From: an uncultured Pseudomonadota bacterium
GTDB lineage: Bacteria > Myxococcota_A > UBA796 > SXON01
DNA length: 64,000 bases
Assembly (NCBI GenBank): GCA_903844155.1
Contig: CAIMSU010000162.1
Span: 70,845 to 134,844, forward strand
Direction: 5' to 3'
The first letter of the stretch is position 1. Every line of letters begins with the position of its first letter. Made by a program: the position numbers and the translations under genes. Below the pieces are notes generated by a model. That model was not told the origin of the DNA, made no database searches, and saw nothing but the letters and a program-made list of their open reading frames with translations. Below, one piece after another: positions 50,633 to 58,779 of the stretch.

Positions 50633-52350
50633 CAGCTTCGCCGACCCCAATGGCTGAGCGTGCCCCGCAGCAGCGCACCGGCGACCAGCAGCGGCGTGAC
50701 CGGCGAGGGCGCCTTGAGGTCACCGGCCAGGTACAAACGGAGCGCTTCGCCGCGTCGGATCTTGCCCGAGCTGGTACGCGGAAGGGTGCCGGGGCCGAGG
50801 AGGATGACCTCGTCGGGCGCAAGCTGGGTCGCGGCGAGGATCGCGTCCGAGCAGCGCTTTTCGAGCCCCGGGGCGCGTGTCTCCACGAACACGATGAGGC
50901 GCTCCGTGTCGCCGCCTTCGGCCAGGTAGCTGACAGCGGCCGCGCACCCGGTCCGGACGCCGTCGACGCTGTCCACGGCCTGCTCAACCTCGTGCGGGGC
51001 GTAGTTGCGGCCACGCAGGATCAGCACGTCGCGCGATCGCCCGGTGATGTACAGCTCGCCGGCGTGGAGAAAGCCAAGGTCGCCGGTGTCCAGCCAGCCG
51101 TCCACGATCGCGGCGGCGGTGCGCTCGGGCTGGTGAAAATACCCGGCCATGACCGAGCCGCCCTTCACCCGCACCCGGCCGATCACGTCGGTAGGCACGT
51201 CCAGCTCCAGCCCCACAAGGGGCTTGCCAACGCTGACCAGCTCCACCCCGTCGGTTTCAACGGGGAGCGCGGCGCCCCGACCGAGCGCCTCGCGGTCAAA
51301 TCTGGCGGTGTGAAAGCGGGTCCGCGGGGCGGAGAATGTGACCGCAAGGCTCGCCTCAGCGAGCCCGTACACGGGCGTGAGGGCCTCGGGACGCAGGCCC
51401 CATCGGGCAAAGCGCTCGACAAAGCGGTTCAGCGTCGCCGGGCTCACCGGCTCGGCGCCGTTCAGGGCCAGGCGCCAGCCGGAGAGGTCCACGCCCTCCA
51501 TCTCCTCGTCCTTGACGCGATCGACGCACAATGCGTACGCGAAATTGGGCGCGGGGGACACGACGGCGCCGGTCCGGCCTAGCGCGCGCAACCAGATCGC
51601 CGGCCGTGCGATGAAGAGCTCCGGTGGGATCAACGTGAGCGTTCCAGGCTGGACCAACGCCGGAAACACGCAGCCGATCAGCCCCATGTCGTGGTACAGC
51701 GGCAGCCAGCTCACGCCCGCCCGCGAATTGTGCTCGTCCACATCCAGGACGTGGCCGAGGATCGCCCGCACGTTCGTGAGCATGTTCGCGTGGGAGAGGG
51801 CGACGGGCTTCGGGTCGACGGTCGTGCCCGAGGAGAACTGCACCAGCGCGATGTCTCCGGGCGAGGCCTCGGTGTGGAGGGGGTCGGCGGCGTCCGGTCC
51901 CGTCGTAGGGATCGTCTCGATGGCGACGCACGGGATGTTGGCGCGCCGCACCGTCTCGCCGAGGATGCGCCAGAGCCGGTCGTCGGTGAGGAGGAGGCGG
52001 GCGTTGGCGGCCCGCAACATGGCCGTCGTGCGCGCGTGGTACTCGTCGAGGCGGCCGAGGCGGACCGGCGGGTAGAGCGGGACGGGGATGGCGCCGGCGA
52101 GGATCGTCCCGAAGAAGGCGTCGAAAAAGCCGGGCCCGGTCGGCAGGATCAGCGCGACGGTCTCGCCGGAGAGGACGCCTCGGGCGCGCAGGGCGCCGGC
52201 GAATCGCTGGGCGCGCGCGTAGAGATCGCCCCAGCCAAGCCTGGTTTCCCGCTCGCCCTTGTTCAGGAATGCGAGGCCGGTGCCGGCGCCTTCGCGTGCG
52301 GCGCGCCGTAGCGCTTCGCCGAGCGTGGCTGGGGACACCGAGGGGGTCAC
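50632..52350 (-). CDS. Fatty acyl-AMP ligase (FAAL-type adenylating enzyme)
   Basis: LAFLNKGERETRLGWGDLYARAQRFA is a FAAL-like N-terminus. FSSGTTVDPKPV is the adenylation core. YHDMGL, TGDLG and GKIRR motifs are present. The GTG start at 52350 overlaps the ACP stop (GTGA). Confidence 0.85.
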   Translation of the reverse strand: MTPSVSPATLGEALRRAAREGAGTGLAFLNKGERETRLGWGDLYARAQRFAGALRARGVLSGETVALILPTGPGFFDAFFGTILAGAIPVPLYPPVRLGRLDEYHARTTAMLRAANARLLLTDDRLWRILGETVRRANIPCVAIETIPTTGPDAADPLHTEASPGDIALVQFSSGTTVDPKPVALSHANMLTNVRAILGHVLDVDEHNSRAGVSWLPLYHDMGLIGCVFPALVQPGTLTLIPPELFIARPAIWLRALGRTGAVVSPAPNFAYALCVDRVKDEEMEGVDLSGWRLALNGAEPVSPATLNRFVERFARWGLRPEALTPVYGLAEASLAVTFSAPRTRFHTARFDREALGRGAALPVETDGVELVSVGKPLVGLELDVPTDVIGRVRVKGGSVMAGYFHQPERTAAAIVDGWLDTGDLGFLHAGELYITGRSRDVLILRGRNYAPHEVEQAVDSVDGVRTGCAAAVSYLAEGGDTERLIVFVETRAPGLEKRCSDAILAATQLAPDEVILLGPGTLPRTSSGKIRRGEALRLYLAGDLKAPSPVTPLLVAGALLRGTLSHWGRRS

Positions 52351-52601
52351 GCCCCGCCCCGGCGTTCGAGCAGGGCGACCAGGTCGGCGACGGTGATGAG
52401 GCCCTGCTCGTCCCCCTCCTCGAGGCAAACGGCGAAGTGGTTCTCGAGCTCGGCGACGAGCGTCAGCATCCGCACGCTGTCGAGGCGCAGGGTCTCAACG
52501 AGCGGTTGGTCGGCGGTGAGCGGTGCGTCATGACCGAGATGCGCGCGCGCGACCTCGGAGATTCCGTCGAGGTAGCGGTTCGTGGTCGGGAGCGCATTCA
52601 T
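52347..52601 (-). CDS. Acyl carrier protein
   Basis: The ORF is 84 aa with an LRLDSVRMLTLV phosphopantetheine-attachment motif. The start was trimmed to the ATG at 52601. Confidence 0.8.
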   Translation of the reverse strand: MNALPTTNRYLDGISEVARAHLGHDAPLTADQPLVETLRLDSVRMLTLVAELENHFAVCLEEGDEQGLITVADLVALLERRGGA

Positions 52602-52780
52602 CGGGGCGTCGGGTATCAAGGTGGGCGTCGGGGCGACGTCACGTCGGCCCCTCCGGTCCGGTGTTGGCTGTCTCTTGCCCGTCGCGCCGTGTTTTCCGAC
52701 TGGGCCGCGTGTTCGTGACCTCCCTTGACCCGTCCACACCTGCGCGGTTTCCGGTGCGCGCGACCGCTGCTGACCGCGTC

Positions 52781-52818
52781 GAAGGCACGCTTCGTGCGGG
52801 GCACGAAGTCGCGCCTTC
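52781..52818 (-). terminator. Long imperfect hairpin overlapping the stop of the membrane gene
   Basis: The outer stem is gaaggc...gccttc and the inner stem is cttcgtgc-ggg-gcacgaag (8 bp). There is no U-tract. Confidence 0.4.
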
Positions 52819-53173
52819 AACCCGTCCAGCCACACACCAGCCAACCGATCCCGACGACAAGCCAGCCAAGCGATGCCCCGGCTCGGTAGCACGTGCGTGC
52901 AAGGTCGGGCGCCCCGGCGCGTAGCAGCCCCGCACCGGCGCCCGCGAGCACGACGACGCAGAACGCCAGGTGCTCCTTCACCTCAAACGCTTGAGCGAGC
53001 CCAAACGCGTGGCCGAGCAGCTCGTGCTTCACACCGGCGCGGTAGTCGCCGTAGATCAGGAGCCCGCTTCCGAACGAGACGATCGCGAGCGCGGAGGCTG
53101 CCAGTGCGCTGCTGCCCTGCGCCGTCCGCGCGAGGGCCGGGTGGGTCAGCGCCGCTGCAGCGAGCACGCCCAC
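52817..53173 (-). CDS. Small hydrophobic membrane protein; start uncertain
   Basis: There are about four hydrophobic helices (VLAAAALTHPAL, ALAASALAIVSFGSGLLIY, LAFCVVVLAGAGAGLL, LGWLVVGIGWLVCGW). The frame is open right up to the upstream stop at 53214, and the first canonical start is the GTG at 53173. Confidence 0.45.
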   Translation of the reverse strand: MGVLAAAALTHPALARTAQGSSALAASALAIVSFGSGLLIYGDYRAGVKHELLGHAFGLAQAFEVKEHLAFCVVVLAGAGAGLLRAGAPDLARTCYRAGASLGWLVVGIGWLVCGWTG

Positions 53174-53213
53174 AAAGCCGTGCGCGGACCTCTCCAGCGC
53201 GAACGCGTCGAGG

Positions 53214-53996
53214 CTAATGATCGGCCGCGAAGGTGATGGTGATCGGCGTGATCTTGGCGTCCGGCTTGTCGGTGAATCCCGGCGGCACATCGCCCGTCTC
53301 GTAGTCCCAATGCCGTGTTTCACCCGGCGCGATCGGCTTGTAGAACGTGTCCGGCATCGGGGTCTTGTACGTTGGCGCGACCGCGGGCATCTGGATCGGG
53401 TTCGTCGCCGCGCCCGACGGGTCGATGATCTGCAACGACACGTTCAGGTAGGAGATCGTCTTGTCGCCGCCGTTGGTGACGTCCGCTGAAAACCCCCAGC
53501 CATCCTTCGGTCCCTTCGGGTTCTCGGCGAGGTTCACCTGCTCGATCTTCAGCGGCGTCCACGTCAGCTTCGGCCCGTAGGCCGCCATCACGATGCGGTT
53601 CTTCGCATCCTTCACCACGGCGCCGTCGGCCGTCGGGTTCTCTGTCATGAACTTCTGCCAGCCCTCCGGCGTGTTCGTGGCCTCGGCCTCCGTGAGCGCG
53701 AGGTCGGTGCGGGCTTTCTGCAGCTTCTTCAGGTTCCGGGTCTTCGGGAAGCGCTTGATGACCGCATCGTAGTCCGCGATGGTCTTCTCGGTGTCGGCTT
53801 TCGCGGTCATCAACTGCTCCAGACGTCCCTCGCCCTCGATCTTGTTCGAGCCCGTGGCCTCCGGCATCGCCAGATACGTGTTCCAGGCCTCGATGGTGTC
53901 GGCCTTCCGGGCGTCGTCGACGGGGTCGGAGCACCCGGTGCCAACGAAAGGGCAGGAGAGCAGGGCGTAGAGGGCGACGAGGGGCAGGTTGCGCAT
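53214..53996 (-). CDS. Hypothetical lipoprotein
   Basis: MRNLPLVALYALLSC is a lipobox. AAGGA lies upstream of the ATG. The N-terminal half is Lys/Glu-rich and helical, and the C-terminal half is beta-rich. Confidence 0.75.
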   Translation of the reverse strand: MRNLPLVALYALLSCPFVGTGCSDPVDDARKADTIEAWNTYLAMPEATGSNKIEGEGRLEQLMTAKADTEKTIADYDAVIKRFPKTRNLKKLQKARTDLALTEAEATNTPEGWQKFMTENPTADGAVVKDAKNRIVMAAYGPKLTWTPLKIEQVNLAENPKGPKDGWGFSADVTNGGDKTISYLNVSLQIIDPSGAATNPIQMPAVAPTYKTPMPDTFYKPIAPGETRHWDYETGDVPPGFTDKPDAKITPITITFAADH

Positions 53997-54017
53997 GGGA
54001 ATCCTTGGAATGTCAGC

Positions 54018-54026
54018 ATTCTATCA
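54018..54026 (-). promoter_or_regulatory. Extended -10-like promoter element (TGaTAGAAT) upstream of the lipoprotein gene
   Basis: The minus strand reads ...catgaTAGAATgctgacattccAAGGAttcccATG. The -10 box lies about 22 nt upstream of the ATG, in a locally AT-rich patch. No clear -35 is visible. Confidence 0.3.
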
Positions 54027-54156
54027 TGAAACTCGTCGGGACGTTCGCCACCGGATCGCGTTCCAATCGAGGCGCTACCTTCTTTTCTGAGGGGTGCGCC
54101 TACGCGGCGCCTCCCTCCGGACGCCGGGGGCGGCCTACCCCCGTGCCGGGCCCTGA

Positions 54157-54182
54157 CGCTGATTCGGAGTACCGAATCAGCG
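54157..54182 (-). terminator. Perfect 11-bp hairpin downstream of lepB
   Basis: cgctgattcgg-agta-ccgaatcagcg lies about 90 nt after the lepB stop on the minus strand. A second weaker hairpin lies at 54190-54211. There is no U-tract. Confidence 0.45.
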
Positions 54183-54269
54183 CGACTTTACTCCGCCGCA
54201 AGCGCCGGAGTACCGTCGGGCAGCGTCGCAAGGGTCGGGGCCGGCCGCCAGGAACACAGTCCCGACGCT

Positions 54270-55118
54270 CTACTTCAACATCTGCCCGACGCGCTCGGTC
54301 CTCAGCTTGCCGAGGCCCCGAATCGCACCCTGGCAACTGTCAAACGAGAGCCACACCAGCTCGGCCTTGCCCCGCACATTGTCACGCGGAACGAAGCCCC
54401 ACACACGGCTGTCTGCTGAGTTGTCGCGGTTGTCGCCCATCACGAAGAAGTTGCCATCTGGCACGGTGATCGGCCCATAGTTGCTGATCCCGCCCATCGT
54501 GATCCCTTGCGATTGCAGCACCGGGTGTGGCATCCCCTCGAGGTCCTCGGTGTACTCCTTCATCGTGTCTGGCCGGCACGTGGTGTCGGTGTAGTCGTAG
54601 TCCTGCGTGTACTGCCGGGATTCTTCCTTCCCGTTGATGTAGACGACGTTGTCGCGCACCTCGATGGTGTCGCCAGGCTCGCCCACGATGCGCTTGATGT
54701 AGTCGATCCCACACTCCGGCCCGTCGATGAACCCGAGCGAGAGCGTGTGTGGCAGCCCCTTGACCCAGCAGAGCGGGTCGTCCGATTGTGAGGGCGGGTA
54801 GATGAACACGATGATGTCGCCGCGCTTGGGCTCACCGAGCGGCAGGATCTCGATGTTGGTGAAGGGGACGCGAAGGCCGTAGGTGAACTTGGAGACAAGG
54901 ATGAAGTCGCCGATCGCGAGCGTCGGGACCATCGAGCCCGACGGGATCTGGAACGGCTCAAACAGGATGCTGCGAATCACGAGGACGATGAGGATCGGCG
55001 GGCCCCAGGCGCTCAGGACCTCCCAGAGCCAGGCCCCGGAGCGTTTGAGCGCCGACCCCTGGGGTTCGGGCGGCGGAGGCTCCACCGGCTGCCGCAGGTC
55101 GATGTCGAGGCCGCTCAT
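54270..55118 (-). CDS. lepB: Signal peptidase I
   Basis: IPSGSMVPTL carries the catalytic Ser. GDFILVSKF and GDNRDNSADSRVWGFVP are present. The start was trimmed to the ATG at 55118, which has GGAGCAAGG upstream. Confidence 0.92.
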   Translation of the reverse strand: MSGLDIDLRQPVEPPPPEPQGSALKRSGAWLWEVLSAWGPPILIVLVIRSILFEPFQIPSGSMVPTLAIGDFILVSKFTYGLRVPFTNIEILPLGEPKRGDIIVFIYPPSQSDDPLCWVKGLPHTLSLGFIDGPECGIDYIKRIVGEPGDTIEVRDNVVYINGKEESRQYTQDYDYTDTTCRPDTMKEYTEDLEGMPHPVLQSQGITMGGISNYGPITVPDGNFFVMGDNRDNSADSRVWGFVPRDNVRGKAELVWLSFDSCQGAIRGLGKLRTERVGQMLK

Positions 55119-55265
55119 CCTTGCTCCGGGCTTGGTCGTTCGCTTCGGGCCGCCGCATAGCCCGCCACCCGCCGGCTCGCTCACGTTGCCGGCCGGACGC
55201 CTTCGGGTTGTCGCTACCGGTCACGCCTCCCGAATCGCCTTGAATCGAGGTAACCGGGGGCGCAG

Positions 55266-55910
55266 ATGTACTCGCCCGACGCCCTCCATCGCTTGACCCT
55301 GCCCGCGCCTTTGCGGGGGGCGGGCGTGAATGTGGAGGCGGGGGAGGGGAGCGCTGCGATCGGCCTGCGACGGGCCTCTGTCGCGATTGTTCTTGGATCG
55401 GATGACAAGTTGTTGCTCATCCGGCGGGCCGCGCGCGACGGGGATCCCTGGAGCGGCGACATGGCCTTTCCGGGCGGTCGGCGCCAGGTGGAGGACGCCG
55501 ACGACGTCGCCACTGCGGTTCGGGAGACGCAGGAGGAGGTGGGCCTGGACCTGTCGACGGCCACGCTGGTTGGCGCGATGGCCCCCCAACATTCCCCGCT
55601 TCGTCGCCCGGATCTGGCCGTGTCGGTCTACCCGTTCTTCTTCCGGACGGCCGACTGGGGACCGTTCGTCCCCTCCGACGAGGTCGCAGGCGTCCATTTG
55701 CTTGATGCGCACGCACTTTTGAGCGGCGCCTGTCGCCAGACGTTTCGTTATCAGGGGTGGGGGCTCGATCGCGAATTGCCGTGCTTGCGGCTGGACGAGG
55801 TGTTCATCTGGGGGTTGACGCTGCGGATGCTGGACGACCTCGCGGAGGCCTGTGGCGTTCCGGCCCGGGACGACTGGCCCCGGGCGACCAGCTTCGAGGC
55901 CCACAAATGA
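55266..55910 (+). CDS. NUDIX hydrolase (CoA pyrophosphatase-like)
   Basis: The Nudix box is GGRRQVEDADDVATAVRETQEEVGL. It forms an ATGA overlap with the next gene. Confidence 0.85.
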   Translation: MYSPDALHRLTLPAPLRGAGVNVEAGEGSAAIGLRRASVAIVLGSDDKLLLIRRAARDGDPWSGDMAFPGGRRQVEDADDVATAVRETQEEVGLDLSTATLVGAMAPQHSPLRRPDLAVSVYPFFFRTADWGPFVPSDEVAGVHLLDAHALLSGACRQTFRYQGWGLDRELPCLRLDEVFIWGLTLRMLDDLAEACGVPARDDWPRATSFEAHK

Positions 55911-56452
55911 CCCCGCTCCTGCTTGCGCTCGCGTGTGTCCACACGCCCCCGCACCTCGCACCCTCGGGTGAGTGGAAAAAGGACTACACCCGCCGCGAGG
56001 AGACGCGCGAGGACGGCACCTACTGCGCCTGGGAGGCCGAATCGTTGACCTACAAGGGCGTGCCGCTCTGGTCCGCCGAGCCGCCCGAGGGCGAAAACTG
56101 GTGCGCTGCCGCCGATGAATCGTCCCGGTACTTCGACGTTGTCGGGCAGGACGGACCGTTCCTCTCGGTGAGGACGGTGGAGACCGGCTGCTGCCCGGAG
56201 CGGTCGACAGCGGCCTGCCTGACGTGGAACCTGGAGACCGGAAAAGTGGCCACATTGGCCGACTATGACGAGCATCACGCCGCCAAGCGGATCACGGACG
56301 CGACCGCGATCCTCGCGGACGAGGACTACAAGGGCTTCGTCCTGGCCGACAACGGCTGGGTGGTCAAGCCCGATGGCCACGTAGCCCTTTGCGCGGTGCC
56401 TGCTGCCGGGGCCCACTCCGCGGCCGACATCCGCGAGATCGACGTCAAGTGA
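55907..56452 (+). CDS. Hypothetical lipoprotein
   Basis: The start was trimmed to MTPLLLALAC (lipobox) at 55907. It is translationally coupled on both sides. Confidence 0.6.
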   Translation: MTPLLLALACVHTPPHLAPSGEWKKDYTRREETREDGTYCAWEAESLTYKGVPLWSAEPPEGENWCAAADESSRYFDVVGQDGPFLSVRTVETGCCPERSTAACLTWNLETGKVATLADYDEHHAAKRITDATAILADEDYKGFVLADNGWVVKPDGHVALCAVPAAGAHSAADIREIDVK

Positions 56453-57711
56453 GCGCTGACTCCGGCAGGCGGCCCGTTCACGCCGCGCTCCTCGCATTCG
56501 GCCTCCTGGTGCACGTCCTGTTCCAGGTACTACCAGCTAAAACAGCGGTCTGGGACACCGGGAACGGTCGCGACTTTGCCAGCTACTACTACGCGTACAA
56601 GGTGGCAGATCACGGTGGCGACCCCTATGACAACGCCCAGCTCGACCGCATGGCGTCGTCCGAACACACGCGCCCCACCGTCCAGCCCTATTTCTATCCA
56701 CCGCCGTTCCTGGCGACGATGGCGTGGGTTCCGGCGTTCAAGCTGCCGATTGCGTATCGCGGCATGCTTGTTCTCAACGAGCTCGCCCTGGCAAGCTGCC
56801 TCGTCGTGCTGTGGGCGGGCTTCTCCGTTCCGATGGGCGCGATCGGGGTGCTCCTGGCGATCTGGTCGCCCATCCCCGACAACCTCAAGATGGGCCAGGC
56901 GAACCTCCTCGCGTTGCTCCCCGCGCTGCTCGGCCTGTGGACGGCCCGCATCGACCGTCGCTGGGCCCCCTGGGTTGGCGGCGTGCTGCTCGGAACAGCG
57001 GCGATGTTCAAGATGAGCCCGGCGTTGTTCCTGCTCTACTGGGCGATGCGCCGCGAGTGGAAGCCCGTCCTTGCGGCCATCGGTACAGCCGTCGGGCTCT
57101 CGCTGGCCTCGCTCGTCCTCGTGCCGCTCACGACCCAGATCGAGTTCTACACCGTCGTGCTGCCCGGGTTCGCCAGGGGCGACTACCACGGCCTCTCCAT
57201 CCCCATTTCGCTCTCCGCAAACCACTCGATCCCGGACATCTTCAACACCTGGTGGCCGGGCCCCAGCAAGACGGCGCTCAGTGGAAAAGCCCTGCTCGCC
57301 AGCCGTATTGTCACCGTGGTGTTGCTGACCTGGTGGTTCGCCCGGAGCGCGGTACTGGTGCGCTCCACCGTCGCCTCGGAGCCCGTCGGGGTTGCCCGGG
57401 CGCTGGGCGCGCTGACGATCCTGATGGTCACCCTCCCGACGTATACCTACGAGCACCACCTCGTGTTCCTGCTTTTGCCTGTTGCAACGCTGATAGCGCT
57501 CGTGTTCGAGCGTGCCCCCGCCGCGTTTGCCTCGGGCGCGAGCACGCCCTCGCGCGTTTGGGTGTTCTCCTCGGTGATCGCCATCTTCTTCGTCGCGTGG
57601 CCCCTCGATGTGCTCAACGCTACGATGCACGCCGTGCCGACCGCCCTCGCGCCGCTCGTGCGCGAGAGCAAGTTCATGGGCTTGATCGCCATGTTTTTCC
57701 TGCTGCTCTGA
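56449..57711 (+). CDS. Polytopic membrane glycosyltransferase, GT87/DUF2029-like
   Basis: The GTG at 56449 forms a GTGA overlap. GRDFASYYYAYKVADHGGDPY resembles the family's first-loop motif. There are about 10 TM helices. Confidence 0.65.
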   Translation: MSADSGRRPVHAALLAFGLLVHVLFQVLPAKTAVWDTGNGRDFASYYYAYKVADHGGDPYDNAQLDRMASSEHTRPTVQPYFYPPPFLATMAWVPAFKLPIAYRGMLVLNELALASCLVVLWAGFSVPMGAIGVLLAIWSPIPDNLKMGQANLLALLPALLGLWTARIDRRWAPWVGGVLLGTAAMFKMSPALFLLYWAMRREWKPVLAAIGTAVGLSLASLVLVPLTTQIEFYTVVLPGFARGDYHGLSIPISLSANHSIPDIFNTWWPGPSKTALSGKALLASRIVTVVLLTWWFARSAVLVRSTVASEPVGVARALGALTILMVTLPTYTYEHHLVFLLLPVATLIALVFERAPAAFASGASTPSRVWVFSSVIAIFFVAWPLDVLNATMHAVPTALAPLVRESKFMGLIAMFFLLL

Positions 57712-57745
57712 CCCCGACACCCCACCACCGAGCGCCCGTCAGACA

Positions 57746-57774
57746 TACCACAACTGCAGAGACCATTTGTGGTA
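57746..57774 (+). terminator. Hairpin after the GT87-like gene
   Basis: taccacaa-(13 nt)-ttgtggta forms an 8-bp stem, 35 nt after the stop. The loop is large, so this is weak. Confidence 0.3.
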
Positions 57775-57874
57775 CACGGCGCGGCTCGCGCGGCCCGGCG
57801 CCGTTCCCGATATCCCAAGATTGCCTTGCCCCATGCCCCCGAACGGGTGAAGCCCGGATCTACCCGAGCCCTCC

Positions 57875-58183
57875 ATGACCCGTCGCTTCGCCGTCCTCGC
57901 CATCCTGTTCTCCTTCTTCGCGGTCATCCTCGCGCTCGGTCAGAACGCCCGCGCACAGGACTACGGGGCCTGCAGCTTCGCCTCCGACTGCCACGCCAAC
58001 GTGGTGTGCAACGCCAGCAAGTGCGCGGATTCCAAGGGTAGCTCCTGCAACTTCGACTCGGACTGCGGCGGCAACGGCGCGAAGTGCAACGGTAGCAAGT
58101 GCAGCACGGCTCCCGATGGCACGTGCAGCTTCGAGAGCGAGTGCCCGGGCGGCCACTGCTCCTCGGGCCATTGCGGCAAGTGA
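57875..58183 (+). CDS. Small secreted cysteine-rich protein with three internal repeats
   Basis: The signal peptide is [27 protein letters not shown]. The mature roughly 75 aa contain 12 Cys as 3x C-x5-C-x(4-6)-C-x4-C (CSFASDC...C..SKC, CNFDSDC...C..SKC, CSFESEC...C..GHC). Confidence 0.75.
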   Translation: MTRRFAVLAILFSFFAVILALGQNARAQDYGACSFASDCHANVVCNASKCADSKGSSCNFDSDCGGNGAKCNGSKCSTAPDGTCSFESECPGGHCSSGHCGK

Positions 58184-58203
58184 CCGCTTAGGATCCCGTC
58201 ACC

Positions 58204-58779
58204 ATGCGCATCGTCCTCGGCATCAGCGGCGCGTCCGGCGCACCCTACGCTCGGCGCGCGATGGAATTCCTGGCGGGACCCGGCCGGGCCGCGGGCGTCG
58301 AGACGGAGGTCGTGTTCACCAAGACTGGCAAGCTCGTCTGGCAGCACGAGGTTGGCACCGACCCCGCGGCCTTTGGGCTGCGAATCTGGCCTCATGGCGA
58401 TCTGACCGCGCCGTTCGCGTCCGGCAGCGCGCGCTACGACGGCATGCTCATTGCGCCGTGTTCGGTTGGTTGTGCCTCGCGGATCGCCAACGGTGTCTCC
58501 AGTGACCTCGTCTCCCGCGCTGCCGACGTCATGCTGAAAGAGCGCCGTCCGCTGGTCGCCGTCGTTCGTGAAACGCCGCTTTCGCTCATCCATCTTCGCA
58601 ACCTGACCCAGCTTGTGGAGGCCGGCGCGTTCGTGATGCCCGCGTCCCCGAGCTTCTACTCCCGGCCAACGACCGTCGACCAGGTGCTTGACACCGTCGT
58701 CTGCCGCGCGCTGGATCGCCTCGGCATCGACAACGACCTCATGCGCCGCTGGAGCGGCCTGGAGCTGACCCGTGACTGA
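58204..58779 (+). CDS. ubiX: Flavin prenyltransferase UbiX family
   Basis: MRIVLGISGASGAPYA is a typical N-terminus. APCSVGCASRIANG and a RETPLS...NL motif are present. Confidence 0.9.
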   Translation: MRIVLGISGASGAPYARRAMEFLAGPGRAAGVETEVVFTKTGKLVWQHEVGTDPAAFGLRIWPHGDLTAPFASGSARYDGMLIAPCSVGCASRIANGVSSDLVSRAADVMLKERRPLVAVVRETPLSLIHLRNLTQLVEAGAFVMPASPSFYSRPTTVDQVLDTVVCRALDRLGIDNDLMRRWSGLELTRD

